From Ignavibacteria bacterium (GTDB lineage Bacteria > Bacteroidota > Ignavibacteria > Kapaibacteriales > Kapaibacteriaceae), in assembly GCA_947495975.1 (NCBI GenBank), contig CANMBE010000006.1:951-64950 (forward strand): 64,000 nt of DNA, written 5' to 3'. Under the pieces are notes generated by a model that worked only from the letters and a program-made list of their open reading frames with translations, did no database searches and was not told where the DNA came from. Within the stretch, counting starts at the first letter, position 1; each line of letters opens with the position of its first letter. Made by a program: the position numbers and the translations under genes. Below are positions 63,335-64,000 of the stretch, one piece after another.

Positions 63335-63713
63335 CGTTATGTTGCTCCGTGTCTCCAGTAGCTTGAGGCTGATCGGATTTCTTCGGGTCTAGTAATAAAA
63401 GATTATCTGCTACGATCTCTGTGACGTACCGTTTATTCCCATCTCGATCTTCGAAAGACCTCGATTGGATCTTGCCTTCCACGTATATGCGCGAGCCACG
63501 ATGGACAAGCTTCTCCACAACATCTGCTAGGCCACGCCACGCAATGATGGTGTGCCAGTCTGTGTGCTCTTGCACTGCGCCATCCTTGTCCTTCCATGAC
63601 TCAGATGTTGCTAGTCGAAGTTGAGCCACCTTCACACCGCTTGGTGTAAAGTTTACGTCAGGGTCTTTCCCAACGTTTCCAATCAACATCACTTTATTCA
63701 GCGTGCGGGACAT
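63297..63713 (-). CDS. ssb: Single-stranded DNA-binding protein
   Basis: NKVMLIGNVGKDPD...OB fold; C-terminal DDIPF tail. Confidence 0.9.
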   Translation of the reverse strand: MSRTLNKVMLIGNVGKDPDVNFTPSGVKVAQLRLATSESWKDKDGAVQEHTDWHTIIAWRGLADVVEKLVHRGSRIYVEGKIQSRSFEDRDGNKRYVTEIVADNLLLLDPKKSDQPQATGDTEQHNVAPAPESDDIPF

Positions 63714-64000
63714 ACCTCACCTCAAAAAATAATCCAACGAATGGTTGAGGATCACCTGTCGTTGCAACTTCAAATATACCACGCACTGACAAGGCATCCG
63801 TAACCAAAGTGGCTTTGACAGGTGAAAACGTGACGTATAGTCAGAAAGATTGGATGGTTCTACGAGTCAAAATCCTGTGCAGATTTGTGATATGCCAAGT
63901 TTCCTCATGATGAGTTTGATAGACGATGTGCCGGTGATGTTCAACCACCTGCAGCCAATCGACATCTCGCTGCATATCTCAGGCGGTGAACAACCGAATG

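Noticed and set aside
62724-63392. 222-aa plus-strand ORF
   Set aside because: Antisense to the MlaD gene; Ser/Pro/Thr/Arg-rich composition typical of a reverse-frame artefact.

Overview
This 64-kb window is a mostly core-genome stretch from a bacterium of about 50% GC that carries a type IX secretion system (T9SS). Taxonomic hint: five predicted proteins end in a T9SS C-terminal sorting domain (CTD). Several genes have Shine-Dalgarno-like GGAGG sites, which points to a Bacteroidota-related / FCB-group lineage rather than Bacteroidia proper.

Housekeeping content that I recognise:
- recO
- lipid A genes lpxB - DUF374 acyltransferase - lpxK
- tmk, ndk, sucD, gatA
- two tandem tatA-family genes
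- purQ and purS
- pssA and psd
- a dnaN-recF-DUF721-gyrB replication cluster with no dnaA in the window
- ahcY and metK
- a mitochondrial-type aconitase
- an ABC-F ATPase
- an acyl-CoA desaturase
- two tandem FkpA-like peptidyl-prolyl isomerases
- ssb

Accessory-looking content:
- T9SS cargo genes: a BNR-repeat protein, an Ig-like protein, two tandem paralogous metzincin proteases, and an arylsulfotransferase-like protein
- a very cysteine-rich secreted protein
- a membrane GAF-GAF protein whose GGDEF domain has a degenerate active site but an intact RxxD I-site, in an apparent operon with two secreted proteins
- a tadA-rsmI gene fusion
- lysine-rich, histone-H1-like tails on SucD and AhcY
- a vapC (PIN) gene remnant
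- several start-less open frames in unusually long intergenic regions

I found no rRNA or tRNA genes, no CRISPR array, and no transposase or integrase. I see no canonical defence island. The most system-like candidates are the degenerate-GGDEF operon, the Cys-rich protein with its BNR partner, and the tandem metzincins.
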